Positions 48,534 to 62,407 are shown, numbered from the stretch's first letter. The stretch: DNA of 64,000 bases from Lama glama (GCA_028534125.1 CM052816.1:77688001-77752000); one strand, 5' to 3'. The notes: a model not told the origin generated them from the letters alone. Program-made: numbers and translations.

Positions 48534-48678
48534 GGGGTGAGGGTACAGCTCAGTGGTAGAGTGCATGCCTAGCATGCATGAGGTCCTGGGTTCAATCCCC
48601 AGCACCTCCATTAAACAATAAACAAATGAACAAACAAACCTAATTATCTCCCCCCACAAAAAAAATAAAATAAAAATA
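48534..48678 (+). mobile_element. Camelid Vic-1-type tRNA-derived SINE
   Basis: A box (agctcagtgg), B box (ggttcaatcc), aacctaattatctcccccc and an A-rich tail. TSD aatatcaattgat (48521-48533) / aatgccaattgat (48679-48691). Confidence 0.9.
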
Positions 48679-48811
48679 AATGCCAATTGATTCCATAGAG
48701 CTGGCTGATATTTAGAAAGAACTGAAAGTGGTTTTCAATTTAAGTAAGTGTTACCATAAGAATAATAACCAATAAATGATGTCACTTTCATTATAAACTT
48801 AAGATCTCACT

Positions 48812-49045
48812 GTAACATAGTGGTCACGAACTCCAGAGCCCTGGGTTCAAATTCTAGCACTTCTCCCAACCACCTGCGTGGCCTTGGGGATGGTGTCCAA
48901 CTTCTGCCAATCTCAGAATTCTCATCTGTTAATTGAAAGTAATTATGCCTGTTTCATAAGATTGTTCTGAAGATTAAATGAGATTATGCATATGAAATGT
49001 TTGGCACAAGGCTTAGCACATAGTGTTGTGTGATACTGTTTTTTG
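48812..49045 (+). mobile_element. MIR SINE
   Basis: ctgggttcaaattctagc...ttctcatctgt...gattgttctgaagattaaatgagat. Confidence 0.85.
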
Positions 49046-50446
49046 GAGTTGAATTTGCTAGAAGTACAGGTACTAAAAATAAAAACAAACAGCAAGGACT
49101 GGAATCTTTTGAGAGGTTTGCAGACCCGTGACAAGATGGGTAAGATCTGTTGCAGCCTACTGCGGTGTCTGGTTCTGAGGAACACCAGGGAAGGGAAAAG
49201 CCAAGGAGGATGCTGGGATATAGATCAGCCCTGAGGATGCCATCAGCAGGAGAGAAATCAGAAAGTGCTCAGTCCCTAAGTGCTTCTAGGTGAAGGTGGA
49301 AAGAGAGACTGGAGAACAGAGAAAAAATTCCAATCTAGTAGATCCCATGACCTCTGTTTTCCATTAGCCTTTGCCATTATCATCACAGAAAACGGCAGGT
49401 TCTGTGAGACATTACAACACTCATCTTTTATACACTCACATTTTAATATTTCTCCTGTTAACCATATTGTAAAATTCACACAATTTCAGTTTTCATCCAA
49501 AAACCTCTCCAAATTTCTATCTGGTGACCTCAAAGAGCACACCTCCACCAGCCTTTCAATGCTTTCCTGACCCCAAAGTATTGAATTAATGTTGGGTGAA
49601 CCTCGGAGTATTTCTGGCCTCACATAAGTTGCAATTGTTTTTAAAAGAACGCTGCTAATTACCTTCCTGGACATCTGACTCATTCCATTCCGTGAAGTTT
49701 AAGACATGGAAAAATTCATTTGGAAATTCCAATTTTAATGATCCCTCAACTTACAGAAATTGCCTTGGGATGCAAACTCCATTCCCTTCACTTTGGCACT
49801 GGACAATTGTACATCTGTAACTACTATGTAATAAGTATATAATAAATACTGTATAATAAGGTATTAGAACTCCCAAAGTTGCTGCATGTTGTGGCATTTG
49901 ATGAAATGGGACAAAACTTCACACACACAAATGCAGACACAGACACAGTGATATTTAAGTTTAGGTCTGAAAGATATAAAAATTTCCATTTGCTTGTGAA
50001 AAAAAAAGTTCTCAACCAAGTGGACCAGAGATCTTTATATTTTGAAGTTACAAAACTGTTGAGAGAAAGGCTTTTCAAAATCAAATATCCTCAGTCTTTA
50101 TAGAAACTAAAAAGACCACATTTTGGTGTTAACCTGAAAGAGTCCCCTGAAATCCAAACAAATCATTAAATGGAGAAAAAGAAGCACTTTTATAATAACT
50201 GTTGTGTCTACCAGTCTGGTCCCATTATGTGTACCCATATTTAAGAACTTGTTTTGCAAATCCTAAATGAAAAGAAAGCATTTGCTGCATTTCAATTTAA
50301 ATTTACCATATTTAAGTGATTCTGATTTCTTACAAGTGTTTTTATTATTATTTTTTTTCCCCTTCCAAATGAAATCACTTAGTCTCTGAAGCCTGCATTC
50401 CTCATTTTACAAGCAAATAATCTGAGACCAGGAAGACGCTCCTGGG

Positions 50447-50580
50447 TATGGTTGCCAGGTTTAGCAAATAAAAATGCATGTAAGAACACTGCATGGGAAA
50501 TATGCATACTAAAAACCCATTCATTGTTTATCTAAAATTCAAACGTAACTGGATATCCTGTATTTTATCTGGCTACCCTA
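50447..50580. mobile_element. hAT MITE (MER53-like, left arm partly deleted) inserted in a minus-strand MIR
   Basis: TIRs tatggttgccagg ... tctggctacccta; 8-bp TSD ctcctggg (50439-50446) / cccctggg (50581-50588). Confidence 0.85.
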
Positions 50581-50825
50581 CCCCTGGGTCACCCAGTCAT
50601 CCAGCTAATGAATGGAAGAGACAGAGCTAGAACAGGGTGCCCTTTCAGATGTGAAGTCATTCATGAAACAATTATTCCTTGAAAGCTGGATGCTCTGGAA
50701 AGACAAAAAGCTGTGTAAGTCAATCCCTGCCCTCAAGGAACCTAGAGTCTGATGAAAAATTCTACCAAACCTGGAAGAGAAGATGGAGAGTCAGTGTAAC
50801 CACCTCAGCAAACCATTACCTGAGA

Positions 50826-51005
50826 AAATGGTTCTCAGCCCCAGCTGTGTATTAAAATCACCTGGGGAGCTTTAAAAAGAAAATTCACTGCCCTGAGAGG
50901 CTGATTTAATGATCTTGGATGGGAGTCAAGGAAATTGGTCTTTTTTTCCCCAAAATATTTCCAGATAATTCTAATTTGAAGCCTGGGTTGTATGATGAAT
51001 CACTG
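50826..51005. mobile_element. hAT-Charlie MITE (MER5A-like)
   Basis: tggttctcagccccagctgtgtattaaaatcacctggggagcttt...gaatcactg. Confidence 0.8.
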
Positions 51006-51072
51006 ACCTAAGACTTAGAAATCTTCCCTAAGAAATCTTGATTCACAGAGGATAGGTCTGTGCTTAAGTACT

Positions 51073-51130
51073 CATGTGCATGCATGCATGTGTGTGTGTG
51101 TGTGTGTGTGTGCGTGCATGCCTGTGTGTG
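51073..51130. repeat. (TG)n microsatellite with tgca flanks
   Basis: Visible directly. Confidence 0.9.
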
Positions 51131-53829
51131 TTCCCAAGCTTCATGATTCCTGTACATCACAGGGATGTTCAAAATGGCCATTTAGATTTCACAGCAAAGA
51201 ATTTATTGAAAGAAGAGCATTTTGTTGGGATTCATCTGACCCCCATTCTGACTTTGTTTCTTGGTCATTTCTTATACATTTTGCAGCCTGTGTCCATTCT
51301 AAGTACCCAGTTCATATATCCCTTACAAATAGAATAATGAAGAGATGGTCCCATCTAATCCTACAGTTACCAGTTACCTGGGACCCGACATAGCGCCTCT
51401 GGTCCAGGATAGATCCTGTGGGTTTGGCATTGTTTGTGTATCTTCCCACCAGTGGAATCCACTAAATCAAAGTCCCACTCAATCTCATGACTCCCCGTGG
51501 AGAGATAAATAAAGAGGCAAGCTGGGTGTTTTCATTATTGTCATTGTATTTACTGTCCTGTTTAGAGAGGGGACAGAAAGCCACAACCACATTTTCCTCT
51601 GCTTAGCTGTTATTATTACCAAAAGACATGGCAGCAAACGTACAAAAGCAGGATTTCTCAACACAGCCTAAAAAGACAAGTCACCTCCATCCTGGAGCCT
51701 CAGCTTGTCATTTCTGACATCAGTGATGAGGAAGGCAAGTTTACTACCTCAGCTGCTGCATTTCTCAAACTATGCCATCTTCCAACGCCAGCTTAACTTG
51801 GTATTTTTCCAATCATTCTGACCACCTCATGCCATCCAAAGTTCAAAGGAAATGGTATCTAACCCCCTAGCTCTGAGGATACATGTACTGTAGGTCAAGC
51901 TCTCTTCCAGAGGGTCACCATTTGTCATTCAGGTTTAGGCCATTTTACATAATTGTTAACCCTTCCACTTCAGAATCCATCTGGGATCAATTCAACCTAT
52001 GATAGCAAGGCTGTCTTTGGGATAGTTGGCCAGGACTGGTTTTTCTTAGTTTAATATTTAAAAGATTCCACTTCTGCAAAAGTGTTACATTGAAAAATCT
52101 GTTACAAATAAAGAGCAAGACAGAGTAAAATCAGGCCAATTGTATCTATCCAGGAATGATGAGAGGGCACAATGTTTCAATACATTAAAGGGCTAAATGA
52201 GTGTTCAATAATACTAACACCAGGAAACCTTAGGATCAAGACAAATCAAAATATATTCCAAATGAGTCTGATTCACGTTAAATATTTCCTGTCTCAGTGA
52301 CCAACAGGCCATGTTAAAACCAGTCCCAATTCCTTTTGGAAGTCTTGTTCTGTTACCCACATGAAAGGTAATGTAAGAATTTTGATAGGTGATGCAAGAT
52401 TGCTAATTTTCATTGGATAATTTTCCCTATTAGTCAGAGATCAGCCGTGCCAACTCTGCAGCATGCTGCCATTGGGAACTAGCTGTCAAACTCTAGGACT
52501 AATGGAAATGTGTTCTAAAGGCCAAACTCCAGCCTCTTCTTCCATGGGGATAGTTCCTAACCAGACAAGGAAGCCTCAGCTGCATCCAGTCTGAGATCTC
52601 CAATCTTTCTTTGTGACCACCTTCTCATGTCATCATCAACAAATCCCCATTGACAACCCCTCTCTCTTTTCCCTTAGAAAATGCCCCATTACTTTCAAGA
52701 GAAAGCATCGTCTTTCCAGATTCTTAGTTAAATTAGAAAGGAGCGATTTGAGATTTTAAATTCATTCATTACACCCTCAAAAGCTAGGTAGGATTTGGGC
52801 TAAGAAACAAATAGGTCAACCATACATGAGAGGTGTTCTGTCCCCTCCTCTGCTGTAAATCTAATTCATGCAGCCAAAAATACACATTCAGGAACAAACA
52901 GGCCAGTTCTCTCCAACGTCTTCTCAACTGAAAGTTCAGGTGGTGTGCTAGTGATGTTCACACGGTAAAGCCTGAAGACCAGCACGTCAAACACAACCCA
53001 AATGGGGCCAATGCCATCAGAGGCGTCTAGAACTAGAATGCAGGCCCCTTGCCTCAGACCTGAAGAAACCCAACTAGAGGACCATCGTATGGTCTACAAA
53101 GTGCCTACAAAATCTCTAAAACCCCAGAGAGCTATGTATCTGGGTGAGCCAACTCCAATTCACAGGCAGCAACTCAAAACCTCTTTCTTCCTCTGCCCTG
53201 TGCCAAAAAGTGAGTCTGTTCCATCTGTTTACAATGAGGGCTGTTACTTTCCAGCATAACCATAATCTTATTTTGTAAATCCTATTCCTGACACACCTCA
53301 AACCATCTGTCTATTCTCTCTCAGGTTAGCTTGAGGCTGTTTGGCAAATGTATGTTATTATCTATAAGTGGAATATTTTTGAGCAGAGTGACATGCCCCT
53401 TCTATGTTGCCATGGCTGCTAGGTGTTCCTAAATAATCTCCTTTGGTTCTTCCTCTAAATCCAATTGCTTTTAGTAATTTTTAATATGTGTAAAATAAGG
53501 GCCAAGAGACAAAAGGCATGCGTGCAACTACTTGGGCTTAAGATTCAAAGTAAGTTTGCACATGCTCTTGAAGACAAGAAATTGGTGGAAATTTCACTAA
53601 TAAACTATACATGTCAACCTGAGGACAAAGGTAGCCTATGTTTCAGATTCAGACTTGCAAAGAATTTTGGAAAAAAAAAAAGTGATAAAATTGGAGTGCT
53701 AGAAATTCCGCCATTTCTTGTCCTCATGGAGCTGGGCCAGGGTCTTCACCAGGTCTCTACAATCTATCTCTCCATTATTATGTTGCCATTTTCCCCTTGT
53801 TTAGAACTCCAAGGGGTTGGTAAAGACCT

Positions 53830-54440
53830 TAGAACCCCAAACTGGAAAAGGATATGTGATCAGTCAATTCAAAGAGCACAGATACACATGGACAGACATG
53901 AGAAAAGATAGCTCACCTCGTTAGTAACCAAGGGAATACAGAATAAAATAATAATGAGATCACTGTTGGCTCCCCCAAATGGCAAAGATGAAAAACAGTG
54001 ACAACATGGAGTGAGACTGCAGGGAAGTGGGTACTCTTAGGCACTGCTGGAGAAAGTAGAGTTCATACAACCCTCCTGGAGGCATCTTGGAAGTATCTAG
54101 CAAAAATTTTCCGGTTTGTATCTTTCATACCTTTTGCTTTACTTTTAAGCTTTTAGAGAAAATACTGGCACGTGTACACACATGCCAAAAAAAAAAAAAA
54201 ACCCAAAACGTGAATATACAAAAATATTACCAGCAGCATTGTTTATAAGATCCAAAAATGGAAAATAGCATCTCAATAGGGAAATGGTTAAACTGCAGCT
54301 TATCTGTCTGATGAAATAGTTTGCTTTCAGTAAAATGAGCCAGTTCAACATCATCTGACATGAAAAGATTGTTAGATAATTAAGTCAGCAATTTTCAGAA
54401 CATTAATATGTTCCAATTTATGGAAAATGATAAAAATGTC
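53830..54440 (+). mobile_element. Old L1 (L1ME-like) ORF2 end and 3' UTR
   Basis: catgagaaaagatagctcacctcgttagtaaccaagggaatacagaataaaataataatgagat; cagcagcattgtttataa. Confidence 0.75.
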
Positions 54441-57400
54441 TAGGTCTCTAACAAGACGTTAAAAATGAGTGTTCTCCAGCTTTGTCTAAGGCTCCAAGAG
54501 ACTCAGAGCCAAGCAATAGGTGATCAATGCTCTCACATTTCAAAAGGAGCTGCCAGACCACCTAGCTAGGACTTGCAAAGGAGGCATCCACAGCAGCCAT
54601 CAGCCCATCACCCACCTCAAGGGTATAAATGGGCTGAAACTGACAAGGCTGAGAAAGAACTCCTTTGGAATGATTTGTTGGGGTGTGACGGTGCTTCTAC
54701 CTTTACCACAATCTAAATAAGGGGACTTTCAGGGAGTTTGCTCAGAATGCTGGAGTGTATAGGAGTACAGACTAATCCATGATCAAAGTTGTCTACTGGC
54801 AAGAGGCTGGATCCAGTGGCACCGGGAGACCCAGGCACTGAGGGCGCTGTGTTGCGCACACTGCACTCCTTCTCAGAGCGGCGGCCAAATTGCGTCCGCG
54901 TGCCCTCTGGACGGCATGAGAGGGAGCCAGCCAGGATCATTTTAAAAGGGGTCCCACCTGTAGAGGTGCTGCCAGCACTCCCTGCTCATATCCTTTCAAT
55001 CTCTTGATGATATTCACACACCTGCTCCAGGGGTTAGCTTTCATTCTCCCCGCAGCACCTGCATCTTTTGTCAGAGGATGCCCTCAAGCTGGTGGAACCC
55101 CTCATATGCACAGAGAGCCAAAGAGCCTCAGGGTGATGCTTGGGACTTGAAAGGACTGAAGGAATTGTTATATGTATGAGTATGATTGTCCAAGAAAGTT
55201 AGAGTGAACCTGCATGTCACATTTATAGAAACAGCAAGGAGAAACTGCATTCCACCTGTACCCTATCAAGTCCCACTCTTTCAATATAAGGTTGACAATT
55301 ACACATATATAACAGAGAAAAGTCTGGAAGTTTACCCACCGACTGGATGCCTGGAGATCACTGTGATTCAGGAATGAATGACAAGAACTTGTACATTTTG
55401 TTTTATACATTTCTACATAGTTTGATTTTTAAGAAACAAATTTATATGCTCATCTTTCTGGTAAACAAAACCTTAAGATCTACAGATACTCACAAACATT
55501 TACTGCATAAAAGTTCAGAAAAGAAAAAGAAAAGAAACAAACCATAAACATAATTCCCCTCCTCCCAGATCCCATTTCTGTTAGTATTTGGAGGGGTGCA
55601 AGTTTCATTCTCGTCTTTTTGGCTTTGGTGGGCAGGTGCTCACGGGGCTCCACCGACTTGGTTAAATTAAACAAGGAAGAGTTTCGGGGATTGTTTACTC
55701 CCTTCACCCATATCTTCTGTGGCTATTATGGCTTTATGAAAATTTGGACACAGGTGCAAAGAAAACTGATTTGATCCTTGTGAGTCCCCCTTATTCAGCT
55801 TAAACTGGTCACAATCTAGGTGGAGATAAAAAGTCTTCAGTGTGGTATCTCATGCGCTGCCTCCAAACAGCGGCAAAGTGGAAGGCTAGAAGACTGGAAT
55901 TTACTGTTCCTCTTATGAAACTGGAAATACACCTCCCTTGTCTGGAAATAAGTACTCAGGTCAAACTTGCCAAAGCTTACCACATCTGCCCAGAAAGCCC
56001 AGCTGAGCCTCAAACACCTGAATGCAAATTCAAGAGGAGACTTTATTTCCTTTCTGAGATTTACACAAAAACCTAATCTGTTGCAAATTCATCCCCTAAA
56101 ATATGCAAATACACAACTTGAGACCCCTGGCAAATGAAATGGCTGAACACATGTGGAAATTACCTCCTTGTTTGTTTTGTCTCCCTGTTTCCCCTGGGAA
56201 CCAGAGAGAAAATGCAATTTCTAAACTTTGAAGCGGCATGAACAATGAGCAATTGTTAGCCTGGAAACAGCAGACGAAGCCTATTACTACACAATGGAAA
56301 GTAAACGGCACTGTCTTGAGGTTGTGTTTACAACACCAGCTTAGTGGGTAAAATGATACAGTAGAGAGCGGGGCTGGTGTCCTACTCATTAGAAATCTCT
56401 GAGAAACCCTCTATGTCAAAGGTAGCTTCTAATTCCTTTCTGTTTTTCCTCTTGTTGAGTATAGGTCTGGATAATTATATGTAATTACTCATGTCTGACT
56501 ACATGAATAAAACTTCTTACCAATTTCCACCAAAACCCTCTACCAAATCAATGAAGACAGGATCCACGGAAAGCCAGCACCATACAAATATGTAGCAAAG
56601 GTCCTCATTTTTTACTTAAGTGGCAAACAAACCCAAAGTCTTGAAAAGGCGACAATTTCATGGTCCAGTAAAACAGCAACAGAACACACAAACACGTTCT
56701 TGGCTTGGAATATGAAAACACTTTTCATGAGTAAATGAAACTGAGCTGAAATCTTAAAACCAGGAATGGCAAAGTGTACTTTTTACCAAATTTGTTGGAA
56801 GCCAGTCATACGCAGAGAATAAACCTAAATTCAAACTGGTGCTAAAGTCTAGTTTTCTTTTAGCACTTTTTGAAAAAGAAGAAAGAAAAATAAACTTCCT
56901 AGACTTTAAAATGCAGCTTTTAAAACAAGATTCCAAGGGCTACTTGGATGTTGGCTGGCGCTTACAAAACAATACTAACAAGGTGAATGAAAATGAATCA
57001 AAACCAGACAGATTCCATTTTGCTTCAAGAAAATGGGTGTTTGGGGACACAAAACATAAATAAATGAAAACTTCCCATGACTTATCTACATTTTAACAAA
57101 AGCACAGTGTCCTGAACCAAAATGGAGGAATGTCTTCAGACGTTCAACCCGGACTGGATTTCAAAGGATGACATCCAGGAGGGCCCTTCCATGCCAGGCA
57201 CTGAGCCTCAGAAACACTGTTTTGGTTTCATCCTCAGTAGGTAAGTGTTCTTTCTCTGCTTTACAGATGAGGAAATGAACCTCGGGAACACGAGCCACTT
57301 TCTCTACGGCCATTTTGCTAGTAAGTTACCCAGAAGGACACCTACTTGAGGAAGCTGTTCACTCACCGCCCAGGCTCCTGCTACATGAGAACCACTGATG

Positions 57401-57589
57401 ACTTTAGCAAATACGACTTAACGATGTTTTTTTGATGCACACCCTAGTGCAATGCTACGTCTTGTCAAGGCCAAAACCTGGCTGGCTGAGACACTGGCTG
57501 TGGCAGAACTAGATGGTCGGAGGGGGAGGTCTTTTCTTGATGTAACTCAGGGTCACTTTAAATTCATGTCACAACTCCAAGTTGCTCAG

Positions 57590-57785
57590 CTCTGTGGCAG
57601 GTGTGCACAAGCGCTTCATCTCCACTCACTCCTTCCATCCTCAGAAGGACACTTGGAGTTTTGTAGCACTTTTATCCCTGTTTTATACCTAAGAAAACTG
57701 AGGCATGGAAAGGCTGAGGAGGAGACAGAGGCACAGAGGATTCTAACCCTAACCCTCCAGCCCCAGGGCACGTGTCTGACTCCCT
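57590..57785 (-). mobile_element. MIR SINE
   Basis: ttatccctgttttatacctaagaaaactgaggcatggaaagg. Confidence 0.7.
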
Positions 57786-57874
57786 TCACCAAACCAGACG
57801 GGCAGCATCATCTACACATTACAGAATTGAATTCAGGATGACAATAACCCTAGAAACTATGCGGAACTGGCTTC

Positions 57875-58227
57875 CGGTCTCAGTCCATCGGGGCAGCTGT
57901 AACAAAATGCCAGAGGTTGGGTTCTGTTGTTACAAACAACAGAAACATATTCCTCACAGTTCCAGAGGCTGAGAGTCTGAGATCAAGGCGACAACATGAC
58001 TGGGTCCGGGTGAGGGCTCTTCCCTCTGTGTCTTCCAGGGTGGAAGGGGCTCAAGGTCCCTCTGGTCCTTCTCTGGTGCCCTGAGTAAGAGCGCTAACCC
58101 CATTCATGAGAACTCAGCCCTCATGACTCAAGCACCTCGCAACAGCCCCACCTACTAACACTATCAACTTCAGGGGTTAGGGTTTCAACATGAGTACTGG
58201 GGAGACACAAGCATTTAGACCACGGCA
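57875..58227 (-). mobile_element. MaLR solo LTR (MLT1A-like)
   Basis: aaacaacagaaacatattcctcacagttccagaggctgagagtctgagatcaagg...gtttcaacatgagtactggggagacacaagcatttagaccacggca. Confidence 0.9.
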
Positions 58228-58445
58228 TTTCTTAAGGTCTGTCTTCATCAGAACTTGATAGCATCTTCCCACACATTCATTCACTCGCCCAACAGTACTG
58301 ATTAAGTGCCTATGATCTATAAAAACAGAGGTTATTATGAGATAAAGACACACAGGTCCTTGTCCTCAGGAAATATAACACACGTAATGGCCTCAAGTTG
58401 CTCACATGTCCAGTTTACCTGGTTCTGAATCTTCCCCTGGCTTGC

Positions 58446-58950
58446 TTTTTTTTTTTGTATATATATATATTTTTATTGAAGTACAATCAGTTTGCAATGT
58501 TACATCAATTTCCGGTGTACAGCATAATGCTTCAGCTATACATGAACATACATATATTCATTTTAATATTCTTTTTCACCATAAGTTACTACAAGATATT
58601 GAATACAGTTCCCTGTGCTATACAGTATGAACTTGTTGTTTATCTATTTTATATATAGTAGTTAGTATCTGGAAATCCCAAACTCCCAATTTATCCCTTC
58701 CTACCCACTTCTACTCCTGGTAACCATAAGTTTGTTTTCTAAGTCTGTGAGTCTGTTTGTTTTGTAAATAAGTTCATTTGCTTGTTTGTTTGTTTGTTTT
58801 TAGATTCCACATATAACTGATACCGTATGGTACTTTTCTTCTCTTTCTGGCTTACTTTACTTAGGATGACACTCTCCAGGTCCATCATGTTGCTGCAAGT
58901 GGCATTATTTTATTCTTTTTTATGGCTGAGTACTATTCCGTTGTATAATA
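58446..58950 (-). mobile_element. Relatively young camelid/artiodactyl L1 3' end
   Basis: T-run, then ttattgaagtacaatcag...ggtgtacagcataatg...gttccctgtgctatacagta...ttagattccacatata...tttatggctgagta. Confidence 0.9.
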
Positions 58951-58954
58951 CATA

Positions 58955-59730
58955 TGTAAATTTTTAATTATAAAATATTTCAAAAGAACAGTAAAATAGT
59001 ACACAAGAAACATACATACCGCCCTATATATACCATTCAGTTTACCACATATTCACATTTTGCCAAATGTGTTTCATTTCTCTCTCTTTTCTTTAAAAAT
59101 AAAATGGGTCCAGTTAAAACCCAGCCTCATCTAATTCTTTCTCCTTAAGAGTACCCAAGAAGTGCCATCCTGAAGCTGGTATGTATACATCCTGTATATA
59201 CTGTGTATTTTACACTTTCACTATGTATTTATACATCCATAGCAACATATATTGCTTTTGTACACTTTAAATTTTTGCATAGATGATATAATGCCACATA
59301 CATCACTTGTACCTTGCTCTTTTTGGTCAACAGCATGTTTTAGGACTTACCCATGTTAATATACGGCGATCACTCTCACTCCCTTGGACTAGACGTGGTA
59401 TTCCATGGTATGACTAAGCCACAGTCCAATTGCTCATCTACTGAACATGGTTAGATTGTCTCCACACTTTTCCTTTTATAATTGTTAAAAACCCAAATTG
59501 ACATCAAATTGTACAGATTTGTTGCCTGCTTTTCCCACTTAACATTACCTAGTATCCATATATATTCTTTGAGAATATTATTTTTTCCCAGCTGCATAGT
59601 GAGCTGTTTTCCCACAGGAACGTACCAAAATGTATTCAACTATTTCCTCCGGTAGAACATTTAGATATTTTCCAATAACTTGCTATATAAATGATACTCC
59701 CCTGAACACCCTTTTCTGTGTATTTTGGCA
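58955..59730 (-). mobile_element. Old L1 (L1ME-like) 3' UTR fragments
   Basis: caacagcatgttttaggacttacccatgtt; aacatttagatattttccaat. Confidence 0.6.
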
Positions 59731-59774
59731 GGATGACGAACAGAAAAGACTACGCAGTGCCTGTAGAGAGGAGA

Positions 59775-59920
59775 AGTACTACAGTGGTTAAGCAGTCAAG
59801 CTCTGGTCCCACAGTGCCCGGGGTTTAAAGCCAACCACTTCCACTCCTAACTGTGTGACTTTGGGCAAATTCCTTAACTTCTCTGTGTCTCTATAAAATG
59901 AGACTGATAATGTCACTTAC
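59775..59920 (+). mobile_element. MIR SINE
   Basis: agtggttaagc...ctgtgtgactttgggcaaattccttaacttctctgtg. Confidence 0.85.
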
Positions 59921-60994
59921 TTTTAATCCCACAGTAAGTGAGTGCTTTGTGGCTTACTGATTTTTTTTTTTAATCCCACTGTAGGCAAACAAGGGTAATC
60001 CTGCATCTGCAAGTCAAGCTTGTTTATGGAATGCAAAGCACAACCCAGAGGACAAATCGTTTTGTGAGATTCGAATCACTGGCTCCAGAACAGTGAGCAC
60101 AGTAACCATTTAGTCAGCGTTAGGTTAAAATGTTTATATTTGCAGTGACTACACATTCACACACAAGAGTGTGCACACAGCACACGCCCACACACACATC
60201 TGTAACTCTATCACAGTTCAGCTATGCGATACGGCACTGACACACGTTAGTTCTCTCCTGACTTTTCCTTATCGATAAGGCCACTCTGTCTTCTCCCTAG
60301 TTATTGTTCCATCTGGCATATCTTCCATTTCTGTTACCTTTTTCTGGGAGTCTCTTTAGACTCCCCAGCTAGGCCTTGCCATCTGACACATTTTACACCC
60401 AGCAAGAGTCACAAAAACCTGTACTTGAATTGGTGAAGTTCTCAGACTCTCCTTTTCCAATTCAACCAAACAGTCTGTCTATCCCAATGTGTTCAAGTGT
60501 CACCTCCTTCAGGTGCCTCCTCTCTCTTTGTCCTATGAATGATGTCCTGCTTCTCAACAGACATCAGCTGGTTTGAACCTCAGTGCAGATGACCTCTTCA
60601 AAGGCATATAAAGAAACAATAAAGCACAAAATAAAGAAACCCACTGAATTTTTTAAGCCCTTCCAGATACGGCTCAATAAAAACTTCACTGGCCTCAAGA
60701 GACTTCCCCTAATTCAGCTAAACAAACACTCTTCCTTCTACTTTTAGGTATGCTGTCAGGCAGTGTAATGGACTTTGAAAAACTATGGAACTCCTGAACA
60801 GGAAAGGGGGATGAAAGGAAGCTATGGATGAGCAGTGAAGCAGTCAAGCTCAAACCCCTGACCTCACCTCGGCAATCGGCATGTCCCCAAATCTGGAGAC
60901 CCATAAATTCACAAGGCAGTCCTTATCAACAAATTTGTCACTAGTTTCCAAATGTCTAGGGGTGATCATGTAATCTCTCAATACTCAGAAAAGT

Positions 60995-61085
60995 TCTTTT
61001 TTTTTTTAATTGAAGTATAGTCAGGTTACAATGTTTCAATTCCTGGTGTACAGCATAATGCTTCAGTCATACATGAACATACGAA
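60995..61085 (-). mobile_element. Very short 5'-truncated camelid-type L1 3' end
   Basis: T-run plus aattgaagtatagtcag...ggtgtacagcataatgcttcagtcatacatgaacata, similar to 58470-58550. Confidence 0.85.
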
Positions 61086-61185
61086 CACTGTCAAACACCA
61101 TCACCATTAGAACAATGTCTGTATTATCAAATGTGGTCTAAACTAGCCTCAAAGAACAAGAAAGAAGTAAGTATCCAGAGAAGAT

Positions 61186-61186
<1 letters not shown>

Positions 61187-61234
<48 letters not shown>
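61187..61234. repeat. Perfect (AC)24 microsatellite
   Basis: Counted directly. Confidence 0.95.
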
Positions 61235-61236
<2 letters not shown>

Positions 61237-61929
61237 CTCTATGTTATAAACCTGGTAGAAAAGGAGATTAGGTCCCACCTCTCCTTTCTCGGAGAAAATT
61301 AGTGTCTTTTAATCTCTAGAAATATATTTGTTTTCCTTAGCTGCAAGCTTAGTTACACTCTTCCAACTCATTAGTATTAATTCCTTTTCCTATGGCAGGC
61401 TGACCAGAGCTAATTCTGTTTTGATTTTAACAATGAAATCCAAATGGATGTCTGCCCTCTGGTCTATAACAGATGGTATTACCCCTATGAGACTATGTCT
61501 AGACTCTTGAGGAAAGTCAGGAAAGATGTCATCCTTGAATGGCTTGATTGTGTTTTCTGAATTTGGGGAAGTTAGGTAACTCTACTCTCCCTTTTTATAC
61601 TCTCAGGAGTCCCAGATCTTGTCTTAAAATTGTGTGGATGTAGGAAGAAAGTAGACATCAATCTTATCTAGTCAGTGATCATGTCCTCCATGATTACATT
61701 TTCTTCATAAGAATGCTGTTAGGAACTGAGGATTTCATGATTCTAGGAAGATGCCTATTAATATCTTTGCTACATACCTTCTTTTTTGACAATTGGGTTG
61801 AGCTTTTTGTTTGGTCTATTTGTTTGTTTTCAGTCCAAGGGGCCAGCAAACAAAGTGTTTTATTTGAAGACAATTAGTATTAATCCTATACCTTCATCCT
61901 GACAATTCACTCCAAACCATTCCTTTATC

Positions 61930-62045
61930 AAAAAAGGAGAAGCAGAGAAGGAGAAAGAGGGGATAAGAAGCAGAAGATGTAGAGAGAAAGGGGGAGAGGG
62001 AAGGAGGAAAAGAAAGAAGGAGAAAAGGAAGACAGGTGGGAAGGG
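61930..62045 (+). repeat. GA-rich low-complexity tract
   Basis: Almost pure purine run. Confidence 0.8.
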
Positions 62046-62407
62046 TACCGTCTATCATAGTATCTCAAAGACAATGATGTATAGAAAGAAAAGCTTCAGT
62101 TTTATGCCCAGTTAGGCCCCGAGCTCTCAGTATTTTCTGCTTAGAGATATAGATTCTACACCACACTTAAGGCATAAAACAACCAGATCCTTCAAATACA
62201 GCAAGATTCACAGACCATGATAATGATCAAAAAGAGTCCCGTAGAGCCCCTCAGGAGTGTCAACATTGCTTAGCGTTTTAAATGAATGCAGACTTACATT
62301 TCCAGGCTCTTCCTATTATGAGTTTTGCTGATACCCAAACAAAAATGGAGTTGTCTCAGTTGGAACTGAATCTGCCTCCTGGTGATTGTTGAATAAAGCA
62401 CAGCCTT

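Noticed and set aside
48540..48610. Possible tRNA gene (A and B boxes)
   Set aside because: It is the head of a SINE, with a tRNA-unrelated body, A-tail and TSD.
59920..59985. Direct repeat ttttaatcccac(a/t)gta
   Set aside because: Only two copies. A small local duplication or TSD-like scar, not an array.
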